DNA of 64,000 nucleotides from Verrucomicrobiota bacterium (GCA_023431185.1 JAEYXS010000065.1:142057-206056), one strand, 5' to 3'. Positions 36,865-46,606 are shown, counted from the stretch's first letter. Translations and numbers: made by a program. The notes: generated from the letters alone by a model not told the origin.

Positions 36865-37698
36865 CTATTTGCCCGGAACCTTCTTCAGCACGAAGAGGTC
36901 TTGCAGATAAGGGTGTTTGCCGCCCGTCACGGAACCTTCGATATGGGCGAGGATTTCAAAACGCCCCGCCAGCAGGTTGCGATGCGCTTCTGTCGTCACG
37001 CCAATAGCTTTTTCAGGGCAAGATGGGTTGCTCGTGAACCAACCCGGAGTCAGCGCATGGGTGAAGTTGTAGGTCTCATTCTCGTTCACGTAATCACGCA
37101 CGATATGGAACGTGATGATCGCGTGGCCGTCATCCGCCAGCACTTCATAGACCTTGTCCATGTAGCGTTCGGCATCCTTCTGCTGTAGGTGCGTGAACAC
37201 GGAGACGGAGATGAGCATGTCCTGTGACTTCGGGGCGATGGGCCAGTCGATGCCGTCGTTCATCTTCTGCGTGGTGTCGCCTTGCGGGTAATAGGGGTTC
37301 TGGTCCTTCGTCAGGTAGAAGCTGCAATTCGGCAAGTCACTATGAGTCGCCTTGGCAGCTTCTATGGACGTGCGATCGGTATCAACACCCAGAAAGCTGC
37401 CACCGTTCTTGATGAAGTGGTGGCAGATCGGGGCCTGATTACCCATGCCGCAACCGAAATCGAAAATCTTGGGATTCGGTTTCTTGAGATAGAGACTGTA
37501 GAGAGCGCAAAAGAAACCTTGGTTCACGATCCATCCGGCGTAGCTGGAATAGGTCGCGGGAGTGAAGGAGGCGTTCGGAATGTGGTCGATCCAGAAGCGC
37601 GTCTCGCGCCAGGAGGCCATCTTGTCAAACCAGCGCCAGATGAACGACAACGGGAAATAGATCGCGTAGAAACCGTAGATAAGAATTTTGCGGAACAT
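36865..37698 (-). CDS. class I SAM-dependent methyltransferase
   Basis: 277 aa. Motif I is IFDFGCGMGNQ. An acidic residue follows in FLGVDTD. Convergent with the GT2 gene, 6 nt away. Confidence 0.75.
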   Translation of the reverse strand: MFRKILIYGFYAIYFPLSFIWRWFDKMASWRETRFWIDHIPNASFTPATYSSYAGWIVNQGFFCALYSLYLKKPNPKIFDFGCGMGNQAPICHHFIKNGGSFLGVDTDRTSIEAAKATHSDLPNCSFYLTKDQNPYYPQGDTTQKMNDGIDWPIAPKSQDMLISVSVFTHLQQKDAERYMDKVYEVLADDGHAIITFHIVRDYVNENETYNFTHALTPGWFTSNPSCPEKAIGVTTEAHRNLLAGRFEILAHIEGSVTGGKHPYLQDLFVLKKVPGK

Positions 37699-37796
37699 AT
37701 GGCTTAACGTCCCTCGGGCATTCCGTGACTGTTAACGGTCAAAATCATGTTTGCGCGGTAGATTCGGGGGATTTTATGGCGGGGGCAATACCAAAA

Positions 37797-38849
37797 CTAG
37801 CGGGCAGTGACTTTCGGTGCGCCGTATTGCAGCATTCGTATGAACTCATCCCAGCGGTTCAGGCGCAGGCGGAACAGGCTGAGCATTTCCCAATCACTAC
37901 GCCGGCGGAAGGCTTTGATCCGATCACGTGCCTGTCGCACATGACCACGCATGCGCCATGCGTCGCGAATGGCTTCCCAGTAAGAGCGCTTCACGAAGGA
38001 CCAGCGTTTTACGATGACCAAGGCAGCGAAAGCTTCGATGAAAAGCAGAACAAGCTGCAGGAGAAGCGTGAGGAAAAGCACGCCTTCGGCATTCTTCCAG
38101 ATGGTCAGGAAGGCATTGCGGTTCGCGTAATAGCGTTTGGAATCACTGGTCCGGAACTCCACGACATTGCCGCCACCAGCCGGATTCACATTAGCGGCAC
38201 CGCGATGATGCACGATGGCTTGCGGCACCGTGATGACACGATGCCCGGCGATCCATGTGCGCCAGGAGAGGTCGAGTTCCTCGGCATACATGAAGAACTC
38301 TTTATCGAAGCCACCGACTTGCTCGAACACATCTTTGCGGATGAGATAGGAGCAGCCTTCCGGCATGAGGATCTCGCTCACGCGATCGACCGGACGGCGG
38401 TCCGTCGCGAGGCCGAAGATGTCGAAGCCGAGTGCGCCAGCGGATTGGAACGTGTTGTCGTCGTAGTTCAGCACGAGCGGAGTGGCAGCGCCGGCTTGCT
38501 CGCGCTCCACACAATCGAGCAGCTTCTCGAGGCAATCCGGTTCCAGCCACGCATCATTGTTGAGGAAGAAGAGGAACTTGCCCAAGGCCCGTTTTGCAGG
38601 ACGATTATTGCCTTCGGCGAAACCGAGGTTCGCACCGTTTTGGAGGAAGTAACCATTCGTCCAGCCGCGCATCAATTCCTCCGCCTGCTTATCGGAGCCG
38701 TCGGTGGAGGTGTTATCCGCCATGATGACCTCGATGTCGTTGAAAATGGTCTGTGCTTTCAGCGAATCGACACAACGCGGCAGCCATTGCTTGCCATTGT
38801 AGTTCAGCACGATGACGGTGACGCGCGGGTTGAAAGCATTTTGACTCAT
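37797..38849 (-). CDS. family-2 glycosyltransferase
   Basis: 350 aa. Contains VTVIVLNYNGKQWLPRCVDSLKAQT, DNTSTDGS, and LNNDAWLEP (a DxD-like element). Confidence 0.85.
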   Translation of the reverse strand: MSQNAFNPRVTVIVLNYNGKQWLPRCVDSLKAQTIFNDIEVIMADNTSTDGSDKQAEELMRGWTNGYFLQNGANLGFAEGNNRPAKRALGKFLFFLNNDAWLEPDCLEKLLDCVEREQAGAATPLVLNYDDNTFQSAGALGFDIFGLATDRRPVDRVSEILMPEGCSYLIRKDVFEQVGGFDKEFFMYAEELDLSWRTWIAGHRVITVPQAIVHHRGAANVNPAGGGNVVEFRTSDSKRYYANRNAFLTIWKNAEGVLFLTLLLQLVLLFIEAFAALVIVKRWSFVKRSYWEAIRDAWRMRGHVRQARDRIKAFRRRSDWEMLSLFRLRLNRWDEFIRMLQYGAPKVTAR

Positions 38850-39955
38850 GGGCGGTTACCTTTCCCTTGCGCCATCTGTTCCAGCCAATCGCAGGCTTTG
38901 GGCAAGACGCTGTCCCAGTGGAAAGTCTTGGCACGATTCCAGCCGTTCAATCGCCACTGCTGATACTGTGCATCACTTTGGAAAGCTTCCATCAATCGAT
39001 CGGCCAACGACTCGGGTGTCTCCGCTTTGGTCAGCACGCCGGTTTCATTATCCAAAGTGGATTCGACCAAGCCGGGCACGGCATAGACGGCACCGGGGGT
39101 GCCCATGGCGTTCGCCTCGATGACATTCAGACCCCAGCCTTCACGCTGCGAAGTGTGGAGCAGGAAATGGCTTTCACGGAGCAAGGCATCCTTGTCCGCT
39201 TCGGACAAGGGGCCGGTGAGCTTTGTGCTGCTCTGCAAGGCGTGCTCGGCGACAATGGCTTTCAGTTTTCCCTCAGTTTCACCGCCGCCTACGATGGTGA
39301 GTTCCGTATTAACACCCCGAGCCCGCAATACTTTATGTGCGAGCAATGCGTGATCGATGCGTTTGTTCGGAGCTAGGCGTGAGACGACGATAAGCTTGTA
39401 GGGTGCGGCCAGCAGCTTGGGTTCCAGCACCGGCAAGGCACGTGTGTGCACGCCGTAGGGGATGATCGTCACATCCTTCACGCCGTGTTCATGCAATTGC
39501 CGTTTGGTGTCAGATGAGGCTGTGAAGAAAGGGACATCGCGATAGCACCAGTGCGTCCAACGCTCTTGGGCGCGGCCGATGGAACTGATGGGCCATTGGT
39601 AGAAGGCATCCCAGATCGGGCCCAGCACTTCGTGGATGTAGGCGATGTTGTTCGTGCCGCACCACCAAGGCGCATACCACGGAATGCCATGGTGCTGATC
39701 GATGACGAGGTCGAAGCGCGGCTGTTGTTTATACCAGGCCTTCGCTTTGAAGATGGCCGAACCCTTGTCGCCGCCGCGGACGATGTGCACGCCATCGATG
39801 ACCGTTTCCGGCTTGGCCCCGGGAAAATCGAAGCTGAACCACCACGCTTCATGCCCGCGATCCACCAAAGCCTTCAGGTAGGCCTGGGTCACGCGCTCGG
39901 CTCCGCCCGCAAGGGGGTTTTCCGGGTCGCGCCAGTTGAGCATCAGGAAACGCAT
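38846..39955 (-). CDS. family-4 (GT-B) glycosyltransferase
   Basis: Start trimmed to the ATG at 39955 (MRFLMLNWRDPENPLAGGAERV). The EX7E region is SQREGWGLNVIEANAMGTP. The stop overlaps the downstream GT2 start by 4 nt. The 550-aa track reading runs into the HupE gene. Confidence 0.85.
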   Translation of the reverse strand: MRFLMLNWRDPENPLAGGAERVTQAYLKALVDRGHEAWWFSFDFPGAKPETVIDGVHIVRGGDKGSAIFKAKAWYKQQPRFDLVIDQHHGIPWYAPWWCGTNNIAYIHEVLGPIWDAFYQWPISSIGRAQERWTHWCYRDVPFFTASSDTKRQLHEHGVKDVTIIPYGVHTRALPVLEPKLLAAPYKLIVVSRLAPNKRIDHALLAHKVLRARGVNTELTIVGGGETEGKLKAIVAEHALQSSTKLTGPLSEADKDALLRESHFLLHTSQREGWGLNVIEANAMGTPGAVYAVPGLVESTLDNETGVLTKAETPESLADRLMEAFQSDAQYQQWRLNGWNRAKTFHWDSVLPKACDWLEQMAQGKGNRP

Positions 39956-40005
39956 CGGTAGCGCGCAAGTTCTAGCGGGCGGGGGCAGGGGGAACAATGC
40001 CAAAA

Positions 40006-41154
40006 CTAGCTGATGATGCTGATATCGAAGGCCCGCTCGATCAGCCAGACCAGCGCCAGCAGGGCGATAATCGCCGAACCAGCGACCAAGGCACCTTTCT
40101 GATAGGACTTGGACTGCCGGAGCGAAAAGGCCACCGGCAGGAAGACGGCGACGATGGCGAGTTGCCCGGCTTCCACGCCGAGATTGAAACCGATGAGGGT
40201 GTTGAGCAGAGATGTCGTTTGCAGGTCCAGTTCGCCGAGAACGGTCGCAAAACCGAAGCCGTGGATAATTCCGAAACAGAAAGCCACCAGCCAGCCTTTG
40301 CCGTGGAAGAAGGGTTTGATGTTGTTCAACGCGGCCAGCACCACCGAGGCCGCAATGGCAGATTCCACAAAGCGTGAGGGCAGGCGGATAAGTTCCGATG
40401 CCGCCAAGCCCAAGGTGATGGAGTGGGCGATGGTAAAGGCGGTGACGATCTTGAAGACATTGAAATAGGCGGGCTTCAGGTTGCTGACGGGAGTCCATTG
40501 CTTATCTTTCAGCACCAGCACGGAAGGCAGCAGGAGCGCGAGGAGGAAGAGGATGTGGTCGAAGCCGATCCAGATATGCCAGACGCCTTCCTTGAAGAAG
40601 GTGTTAAAGGAGGCAATCACACGAGGTTCACCGAGTTTGAAGGTCTGCTCCGACTGGTCTTTGACGAAGATGGCCGGGGTAACATTGGTTTCCATCGTGA
40701 TCTGCATCAGGGAGCGGTGAGCAGCATCGACATCGAGAAAGAGATGGTTGCGGACGGTGACCACGGCAGGAGGTGCGGGGAAATCGACATCGATCTCGGC
40801 GACAGCGAAGGCTCCGTCCTTGTCGGTGGCGACGAGATGATTGTGGACGTGTACCATGCCCGGCTGGCCATCAGCTGAGAACGTGAGGTGCTTCAGGAGA
40901 TAACCACCGATGGCGGGCTGTTTCGCCTGGAGTTCTGCAAAGGTCACTGCACCATTGCCATCGGCATCGAGGTTCACTACGAGGTCCAGATCGCGCAGAG
41001 ACATATCCACCCGGCCGGAGAGGCGGTTGCTCTCGACGCTGAGGTTGAGGTAGCTGAGGCCGGGTTGGTGAGCGGAGAGAGAGCTCGTGCTGACGCTGAT
41101 AAGTGCCAGCAGCAACCAAGACCGTATGGTTTGAAATGGAAGACGATATGTCAC
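40006..41154 (-). CDS. HupE/UreJ-family membrane protein with about 180-aa N-terminal periplasmic extension containing an EF-hand loop
   Basis: 382 aa with a GTG start. The C-terminal half (GFDHILFLLALLLP, AFTIAHSITLG, FGIIHGFGFA) matches HupE/UreJ. An EF-hand loop DADGNGAVTFAE is encoded at 40933-40968. Confidence 0.75.
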   Translation of the reverse strand: MTYRLPFQTIRSWLLLALISVSTSSLSAHQPGLSYLNLSVESNRLSGRVDMSLRDLDLVVNLDADGNGAVTFAELQAKQPAIGGYLLKHLTFSADGQPGMVHVHNHLVATDKDGAFAVAEIDVDFPAPPAVVTVRNHLFLDVDAAHRSLMQITMETNVTPAIFVKDQSEQTFKLGEPRVIASFNTFFKEGVWHIWIGFDHILFLLALLLPSVLVLKDKQWTPVSNLKPAYFNVFKIVTAFTIAHSITLGLAASELIRLPSRFVESAIAASVVLAALNNIKPFFHGKGWLVAFCFGIIHGFGFATVLGELDLQTTSLLNTLIGFNLGVEAGQLAIVAVFLPVAFSLRQSKSYQKGALVAGSAIIALLALVWLIERAFDISIIS

Positions 41155-41241
41155 GACTAAGTGAGTGAAATTCTACTGAGCGTCTTAATGCTTTTCACGT
41201 TGCTGCGGGTCACAGACCCGCGCTCCGTCCGGAAGCGTGGG

Positions 41242-42615
41242 TTAGGCGCTCGCGGCGAGTTCGGGCCAGAGGAGGGCGCTCATTTTCATGCCTTTGGTGT
41301 AAGCGGTGAGGCTGAATTTCTCGTTCGGTGAATGCGGATTGTCATCCGGCAAGCCGAGGCCGAGCAGTAGTGAATCGGCTCCGAGCGTTTTACGGAACTG
41401 GTTCACGATGGGGATGGAGCCACCTTCACGCAGGAGGACAGGTTCGCAATCAAAGGCGTTCTTTAAGGCGCGCAAAGCGGCTTGAGCGGGAGCGCTGGTC
41501 GGAGAGACAAGGTATGCTACACCACCATGACCGGGCTCGAACTCCATCCGCACGGCAGGTGGGCAGAGTTTTTTGAGATGCTTCTCCACGAGTTTGAGAA
41601 TCTTTTGCGGTTTCTGATCGGGCACGAGGCGGAAGGTGAGCTTGGCCTTGGCCCAAGAGGGCACAATCGTCTTGCTGCCATCACCTTGGTAACCACTCGT
41701 GAGCCCATTGATCTCGCACGTCGGTCTTGCGCTACGGCGCTCGATGGCGGTGTAGCCGTGCTCGCCCATGAGTTCTTTCACGCCGAGGAATTTCTTGTAC
41801 GCGCTCTCGTTGTGCGGGAGGCGGGCGAGCTGCTTGCGCTCGTAGGCGCTGAGATTCACGACGTCGTCGTAGAAGCCGGGCACCGTGATGCGGCCTTTCT
41901 TGTCGCGAAGCTGGCCGAGCAATTGGCAGAGGGCCATCGCGGGATTTTCCACCGAGCCCCCGTAGATGCCGGAATGCAGATCGCGGCTCGGTCCATGAAG
42001 CGTAACTTCAGCAGCGACGATGCCACGCAGTGCGTAGGTGAGAGCGGGGTGTTTCAGGTCCGGCATGCCGGTGTCGGAGATGACAATCGTATCGCAGCGC
42101 AGTTCCTTGGCGTGTTCTTCGAGAAAGCCTTTCAGGCTGGTGCAGCCGACTTCCTCTTCGCCTTCAATGAGGAAGGTGAGATCACAAGGGAGTTCGGTGC
42201 CAGTCTTGAGATAGGCTTCGACGGCGTTCAGGTGCGCGAGGTGTTGGCCTTTGTTATCGCTGGCGCCACGGGCGAAGAGGGAATCTCCATCAATGCGTGG
42301 TTCGAAGGCGGGTGTGGTCCACAGATTGAACGGCTCGGCAGGCTGGACATCGTAGTGGCCGTAGATGAGATAGTGCGGCTTCTTCACGCCCTTCTTGCGC
42401 GGCGTCTTGGCGAGCACGATCGGGTTGCCCGGAGTTTTGCAGAGTTCTGTTTCGAGGCCGATGGAGCGGCAATGGTCGGCGAGCCATTGGGCACAGCGAT
42501 CGATGTCCGCGCGGTGATGCGGTTGCGCGGAGACGCTGGGGAAGCGGACGTAATGGCACAAGCGGTCGATGAATTCCTGCCGATGTTCTTCGAGATAACG
42601 CAAAACGGGTTGCAT
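41242..42615 (-). CDS. M20-family dipeptidase/deacylase
   Basis: Start trimmed to the ATG at 42615 (MQPVLRYLEEHRQEF...). Contains YGHYDVQP, ARGASDNKG and EGEEEVG. The track N-terminal extension translates the intergenic repeat element. Confidence 0.85.
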   Translation of the reverse strand: MQPVLRYLEEHRQEFIDRLCHYVRFPSVSAQPHHRADIDRCAQWLADHCRSIGLETELCKTPGNPIVLAKTPRKKGVKKPHYLIYGHYDVQPAEPFNLWTTPAFEPRIDGDSLFARGASDNKGQHLAHLNAVEAYLKTGTELPCDLTFLIEGEEEVGCTSLKGFLEEHAKELRCDTIVISDTGMPDLKHPALTYALRGIVAAEVTLHGPSRDLHSGIYGGSVENPAMALCQLLGQLRDKKGRITVPGFYDDVVNLSAYERKQLARLPHNESAYKKFLGVKELMGEHGYTAIERRSARPTCEINGLTSGYQGDGSKTIVPSWAKAKLTFRLVPDQKPQKILKLVEKHLKKLCPPAVRMEFEPGHGGVAYLVSPTSAPAQAALRALKNAFDCEPVLLREGGSIPIVNQFRKTLGADSLLLGLGLPDDNPHSPNEKFSLTAYTKGMKMSALLWPELAASA

Positions 42616-42640
42616 AATAATACAATCTGATTGGGGCTTT

Positions 42641-42690
42641 TCACCCCTCACCCCGGCCCTCTCCCCTCCAAGGGGCGAGGGAGATGGGGC
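42641..42690. repeat. C/G-tract hairpin element, copy B (CACCCCTCACCCCGGCCCTCTCCCCTCCAAGGGGCGAGGGAG)
   Basis: Imperfect palindrome related to the reverse complement of 1941..1990. Lies downstream of the AsmA-like gene on the minus strand. Confidence 0.5.
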
Positions 42691-42801
42691 GTGCAGCTCA
42701 ATCATCCTTGGTCCGGTCGCGATGATGGCCTTAATTGGGAAGGGATTAAAAAGCAAAGCCGGGGCGGTAACAAGCCCCGGCTCAGTTTTGATTCAGTGAC
42801 C

Positions 42802-45800
42802 CTATTTCTTCTTCTTGAACAGGTCGAAGGGATTGATGGTGGCCGGCTTGTTCGTGGTGGTCTGCGAAGGTGCGTTCGTATCCGCCGGTTTGTTTGGCTG
42901 GCCGGTCAGGATGTTGCCGACGCCTTTGAGGATATTGTTGCCCTTTTCGCCGAGATCGATGGGGAGGGCACCGGCAGATTTGAGCAGCAGACCGGTGATG
43001 ACGAGCTCTTTGATGTCGGCCTTAGGTTCGCCCAAGGTGCCTTTCAACGTCAGGAAGCTGGGCATCTGGATGAAGGCGTTCGTCGAATCGCGGTTGGCGA
43101 TGGAGAAGTGCTTGGCCAGACCTTGAGCGAGCTGGAACTCCACGGGGTGATTCAAAGGAGAATTGGTCAGCACGTCAGCCATGGGAATCTTGCCATTCAC
43201 ATTGGCGATGAAGGCAGGGCTGAGAGCGGCGGCCTTTTGCAGATCGATCGTGCCTTGGCCGATGACCACATTGGCGGCGACGGCGTTAAGCGGGGATTGC
43301 AGAACTTCCGGCACGCGCAGGACCAGGGCCACGGCGGCGATGACGGGGTAGAACGCGCCTTTCTCGATCAACTGGATGTTGGCGTTGGTGAAGTTGAGGG
43401 AAATGTTGCCAGTGAGGTTTTTCTGCAAACTCTTGTCGGTGGTGCCGGCGCCTTTGATGGCGATATCGGCGAACATGTCACCAGCCGCCCGGCCTTTGTA
43501 TTCTTGGGCGAAGCTATTGGCCAAGGGGGCGAGGGGAACCTTGTCCGCCTTGGCGCTGATGTCATAGCGATAGCCGGGGACGCTGAGGTCCACGTCCACC
43601 CGGGCGCTGACGGGCGCGCCGTTGAGCGTCAGTTTGGCCGGTTCGATCTTCACCTGACCGCCATCCAGCAGCAACGTGGTCTGCCAGTTCTCCGCTGCGA
43701 TCTCGCGCAGATAGAGTTTCTTTAGGTCGAGTTCGGCTTTGAAATCTTTGAAAGGCAGCGTCACAGCCTCGGGTTCTTTGTTCGGATCAGCGGCAGGGGC
43801 AGGGGCGGAGGCAGCGGGTTTGGCAGTATCGCCGGAAGTGCCAGCGAAGAGGTCGTAGTAGCGAGTCAGATCGAGGCCGTCCGACGCGATCTTCACGCTG
43901 CCGGTGATGGCGTTGGATTTTGAAGAGTCGATCTTGCCGCTGAGATTGAGGACGTTTTTGGCGCGCTCGGTCGGGGTCAGATTCAACTGCACGGTGCGGA
44001 GGTTCAGCACTTGCTTGTCCATACCGGCATCCAGCGTGGCCACGGCGCTCAATGTCTCCTTGGGCAGTTTACCGGCCTTGTCGGTGACGAGCAGGCGGGT
44101 CATCTGCAGATCGGCTTTCACGCCGGATTCAGCAGTTGGATTCAAGGTGAGCGTGCCTTTGGAATTGATGGTGAGCGAGGTGAGCTTGGCATCCGTCAGG
44201 AAAGGATCGAGCACAGCGGCCAGGAGGTTCTCATTCAGATTGCCGAGCGTGTAATCGAATTTGCCCGTGGAATTCGTGGTGTTGTAAGTGCCGCTGAAGT
44301 CGAGGCTGCCGGCGGCTTTACCGGCGTGCTGGAGGGAGACCGCCAGCGTGGGGGTGATCACTTGCTGGGTGGAGATGTTCACCGTGAGATCGGCGGCCAG
44401 CTGCAGATCATCGAGGCGCAGGTCCGCGATTTTGCCGGTGACATTGGCGACGACGTTGCCTTTGTAGGATTTGAAGTTTTGCGTAGTGAACTTGCCCTTG
44501 AGCGCGGTGTTGATCGGGGCTGCATTCTTGTCGTCGGAGACCAAAGTCAGGTTCTTGGCTGTAGTCTGGAAGCTGGAGTTGATCTCTTTGCCGCCGTTTG
44601 CGAAGGAGATGTCGACATTGGCATCCACCAAGCCCGCGCTGGCGACGGCCCCGATGATAGGTTTCCAATCGGCGAGGTTGAGCTGGCTGAGTTTTAGGCT
44701 GAGAGAGGCATCGCCACTGACATCGCCGGCAGCGGAGAGCTTGATGGGTTGAGTGATGGCAAGAGTCAGCAAGGGTTTGTTCTTTTGCTGCGAAGTGACG
44801 CTTAGCTTGTCGATCTGCGTGAAGGAGTTGGTGCCGTCGAGATTGTGCTGCAGCGAATATTCAGCGGCAATGTCCAGCGGAGTGACTTGCTGCTTGTCTT
44901 TGATAAGCGTGAATTTCTGCGCGTTGAACTGGCCGTTCACGGAGACGAGGGTGAAACCCTTGGAGACGACCACCACATTGCTGCTGGAGATCTGGGTGCT
45001 GCCGAAGTCGTAGCCGATGGCGGCGCCCACCAGATTGAGCACGCGTTTGCCAAGCGGTTCCACGTTGAGGTTCAGCTTCACTTCACCTTTGTCCAGATCC
45101 ATGGGGCCGCTCACGGTGATGGCGCCAAGAGCTTCCGCGTTCTGGTTGAATTCCAGGCGCAGGCTCTTCACTTCGGTGGGGGAGACTTCCGTGTTCAGGG
45201 TCGCGATGAAGCCTGCCAGATCGGCGAAGGTGCCGGTGGTTTTGCCGACGGTGAGTTCAGTTTTGCCTTTGATGCTCTGGGGCTGTAAATCGGTTGTGAT
45301 GAGGAACTCAAGGTTCGCGGCGGCTTTGGCTTCCAGGCGATTAGGCGCATTCGATTTCGTGAGTTGCTGATCGAACACGATATCGCTGGCGAGCTGCAGC
45401 TTGCCAGCGATGCCGGAGATGACTTGATCGACTGAAAGGTTGATGCTGGCGAGCTCGATGGTCTGCCTGCCACCGTCCTTGAGCGTTTGCGCAAAAGTGA
45501 AATGGGCGTTCTCCAGCGAGATGTTCTTCAAGTCGAGTTTTGGTTTTTCACCGGGCTCGGCAGTGTCGGGCTTCGCGGGTTGCTCGCTCGCGTTGAGGGC
45601 CTGCATGATCGGGTCGAGATTCGAGGAGCCGTCGGCATTCTGCACGATGCTGACTTTGGGGGATTGCACCTTGAGTTCGGAGACGTTCAGTTTGCCGCCG
45701 ATGATGTTCATGAGGCTGTAGCGGACACTGGCGGAATCGGCGGTGAGCAGGGGCTCGCCAGTGGTCGTGACCTTCAGGCCGCGCAGGGAGACGGCGGAGA

Positions 45801-46017
45801 AGGGGCTGACGGAGAGGTCATCCACCGTGATGATGGCATTCAACGTTTGGCCCGCCTTGGGGAGGACGAAGGACTTGATGAAATAGGCGCTGGTCAGGAA
45901 GAAATAGAGGATCATCGGCAGACCGATGAGCACTGCGGCCAGAATGAGCAGTTTTTTCTTCCGCGGAGAGGTGGCGGCGGAATCCGCCGGAGAGTTTTGC
46001 ATTTTGAGACCTGACAT
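42802..46017 (-). CDS. AsmA-family-like giant envelope protein
   Basis: About 1071 aa from the ATG at 46017; alternatives are ATG 46002 and TTG 46062. One N-terminal TM (LLILAAVLIGLPMILYFFL). Long beta-rich T/S/N/K-rich repeats. C-terminal region as in AsmA-like proteins. Confidence 0.6.
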   Translation of the reverse strand: MSGLKMQNSPADSAATSPRKKKLLILAAVLIGLPMILYFFLTSAYFIKSFVLPKAGQTLNAIITVDDLSVSPFSAVSLRGLKVTTTGEPLLTADSASVRYSLMNIIGGKLNVSELKVQSPKVSIVQNADGSSNLDPIMQALNASEQPAKPDTAEPGEKPKLDLKNISLENAHFTFAQTLKDGGRQTIELASINLSVDQVISGIAGKLQLASDIVFDQQLTKSNAPNRLEAKAAANLEFLITTDLQPQSIKGKTELTVGKTTGTFADLAGFIATLNTEVSPTEVKSLRLEFNQNAEALGAITVSGPMDLDKGEVKLNLNVEPLGKRVLNLVGAAIGYDFGSTQISSSNVVVVSKGFTLVSVNGQFNAQKFTLIKDKQQVTPLDIAAEYSLQHNLDGTNSFTQIDKLSVTSQQKNKPLLTLAITQPIKLSAAGDVSGDASLSLKLSQLNLADWKPIIGAVASAGLVDANVDISFANGGKEINSSFQTTAKNLTLVSDDKNAAPINTALKGKFTTQNFKSYKGNVVANVTGKIADLRLDDLQLAADLTVNISTQQVITPTLAVSLQHAGKAAGSLDFSGTYNTTNSTGKFDYTLGNLNENLLAAVLDPFLTDAKLTSLTINSKGTLTLNPTAESGVKADLQMTRLLVTDKAGKLPKETLSAVATLDAGMDKQVLNLRTVQLNLTPTERAKNVLNLSGKIDSSKSNAITGSVKIASDGLDLTRYYDLFAGTSGDTAKPAASAPAPAADPNKEPEAVTLPFKDFKAELDLKKLYLREIAAENWQTTLLLDGGQVKIEPAKLTLNGAPVSARVDVDLSVPGYRYDISAKADKVPLAPLANSFAQEYKGRAAGDMFADIAIKGAGTTDKSLQKNLTGNISLNFTNANIQLIEKGAFYPVIAAVALVLRVPEVLQSPLNAVAANVVIGQGTIDLQKAAALSPAFIANVNGKIPMADVLTNSPLNHPVEFQLAQGLAKHFSIANRDSTNAFIQMPSFLTLKGTLGEPKADIKELVITGLLLKSAGALPIDLGEKGNNILKGVGNILTGQPNKPADTNAPSQTTTNKPATINPFDLFKKKK

Positions 46018-46282
46018 AAAACGTAAGAGTTCAGTTAAGACGATAACCGTCCATGGGAACAAGACCTATTCAGCTTGGGCTGTGCCAACCACCGATTATC
46101 ACTGTATTAGACCGGTATAGGCATTTCTTGTTCAAAGTTATTGATAATAGCGTACTTAGGTGAGATGGCAACAGGGCCGATCGGTCCCGGCGGAAAGGGT
46201 AGGGCAGGAAGATGCTCTAAAATGTCTTTACACCAGCGTATGAAGCACTTAGTGTCCCGCCTTCATTATTTAACAGATAAGT

Positions 46283-46546
46283 ATGGAAGCAAAGTTGAAA
46301 GGTCAGATTGTTCAGGATTTTCGTCTGCATGACAAGGACACCGGTTCAGCCGATGTCCAGGTAGCGCTGTTGACTCAGCGGATCAATATGCTCACGGAGC
46401 ACCTGCAAAGCAACAAGAAGGACAACAGCTCACGCCGTGGTCTCTTGAAACTCGTCAGCACGCGCCGTCGCCTGCTGGATTACCTCCACACCACGGATGC
46501 TCCCCGCTACAAGGCGGTGACGAAGAAGCTCAACCTCCGCAAGTAA
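46283..46546 (+). CDS. rpsO: 30S ribosomal protein S15
   Basis: 87 aa. Contains DTGSADVQVALLTQRINMLTEHLQSNKKDNSSRRGLLKLVSTRRRLLDYL. Confidence 0.95.
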   Translation: MEAKLKGQIVQDFRLHDKDTGSADVQVALLTQRINMLTEHLQSNKKDNSSRRGLLKLVSTRRRLLDYLHTTDAPRYKAVTKKLNLRK

Positions 46547-46606
46547 GGCTAAGGGAATTCTTCAATTCGTTGAAGGCCCGGTGACAATTTCACCAAAGGT
46601 TTGCAC

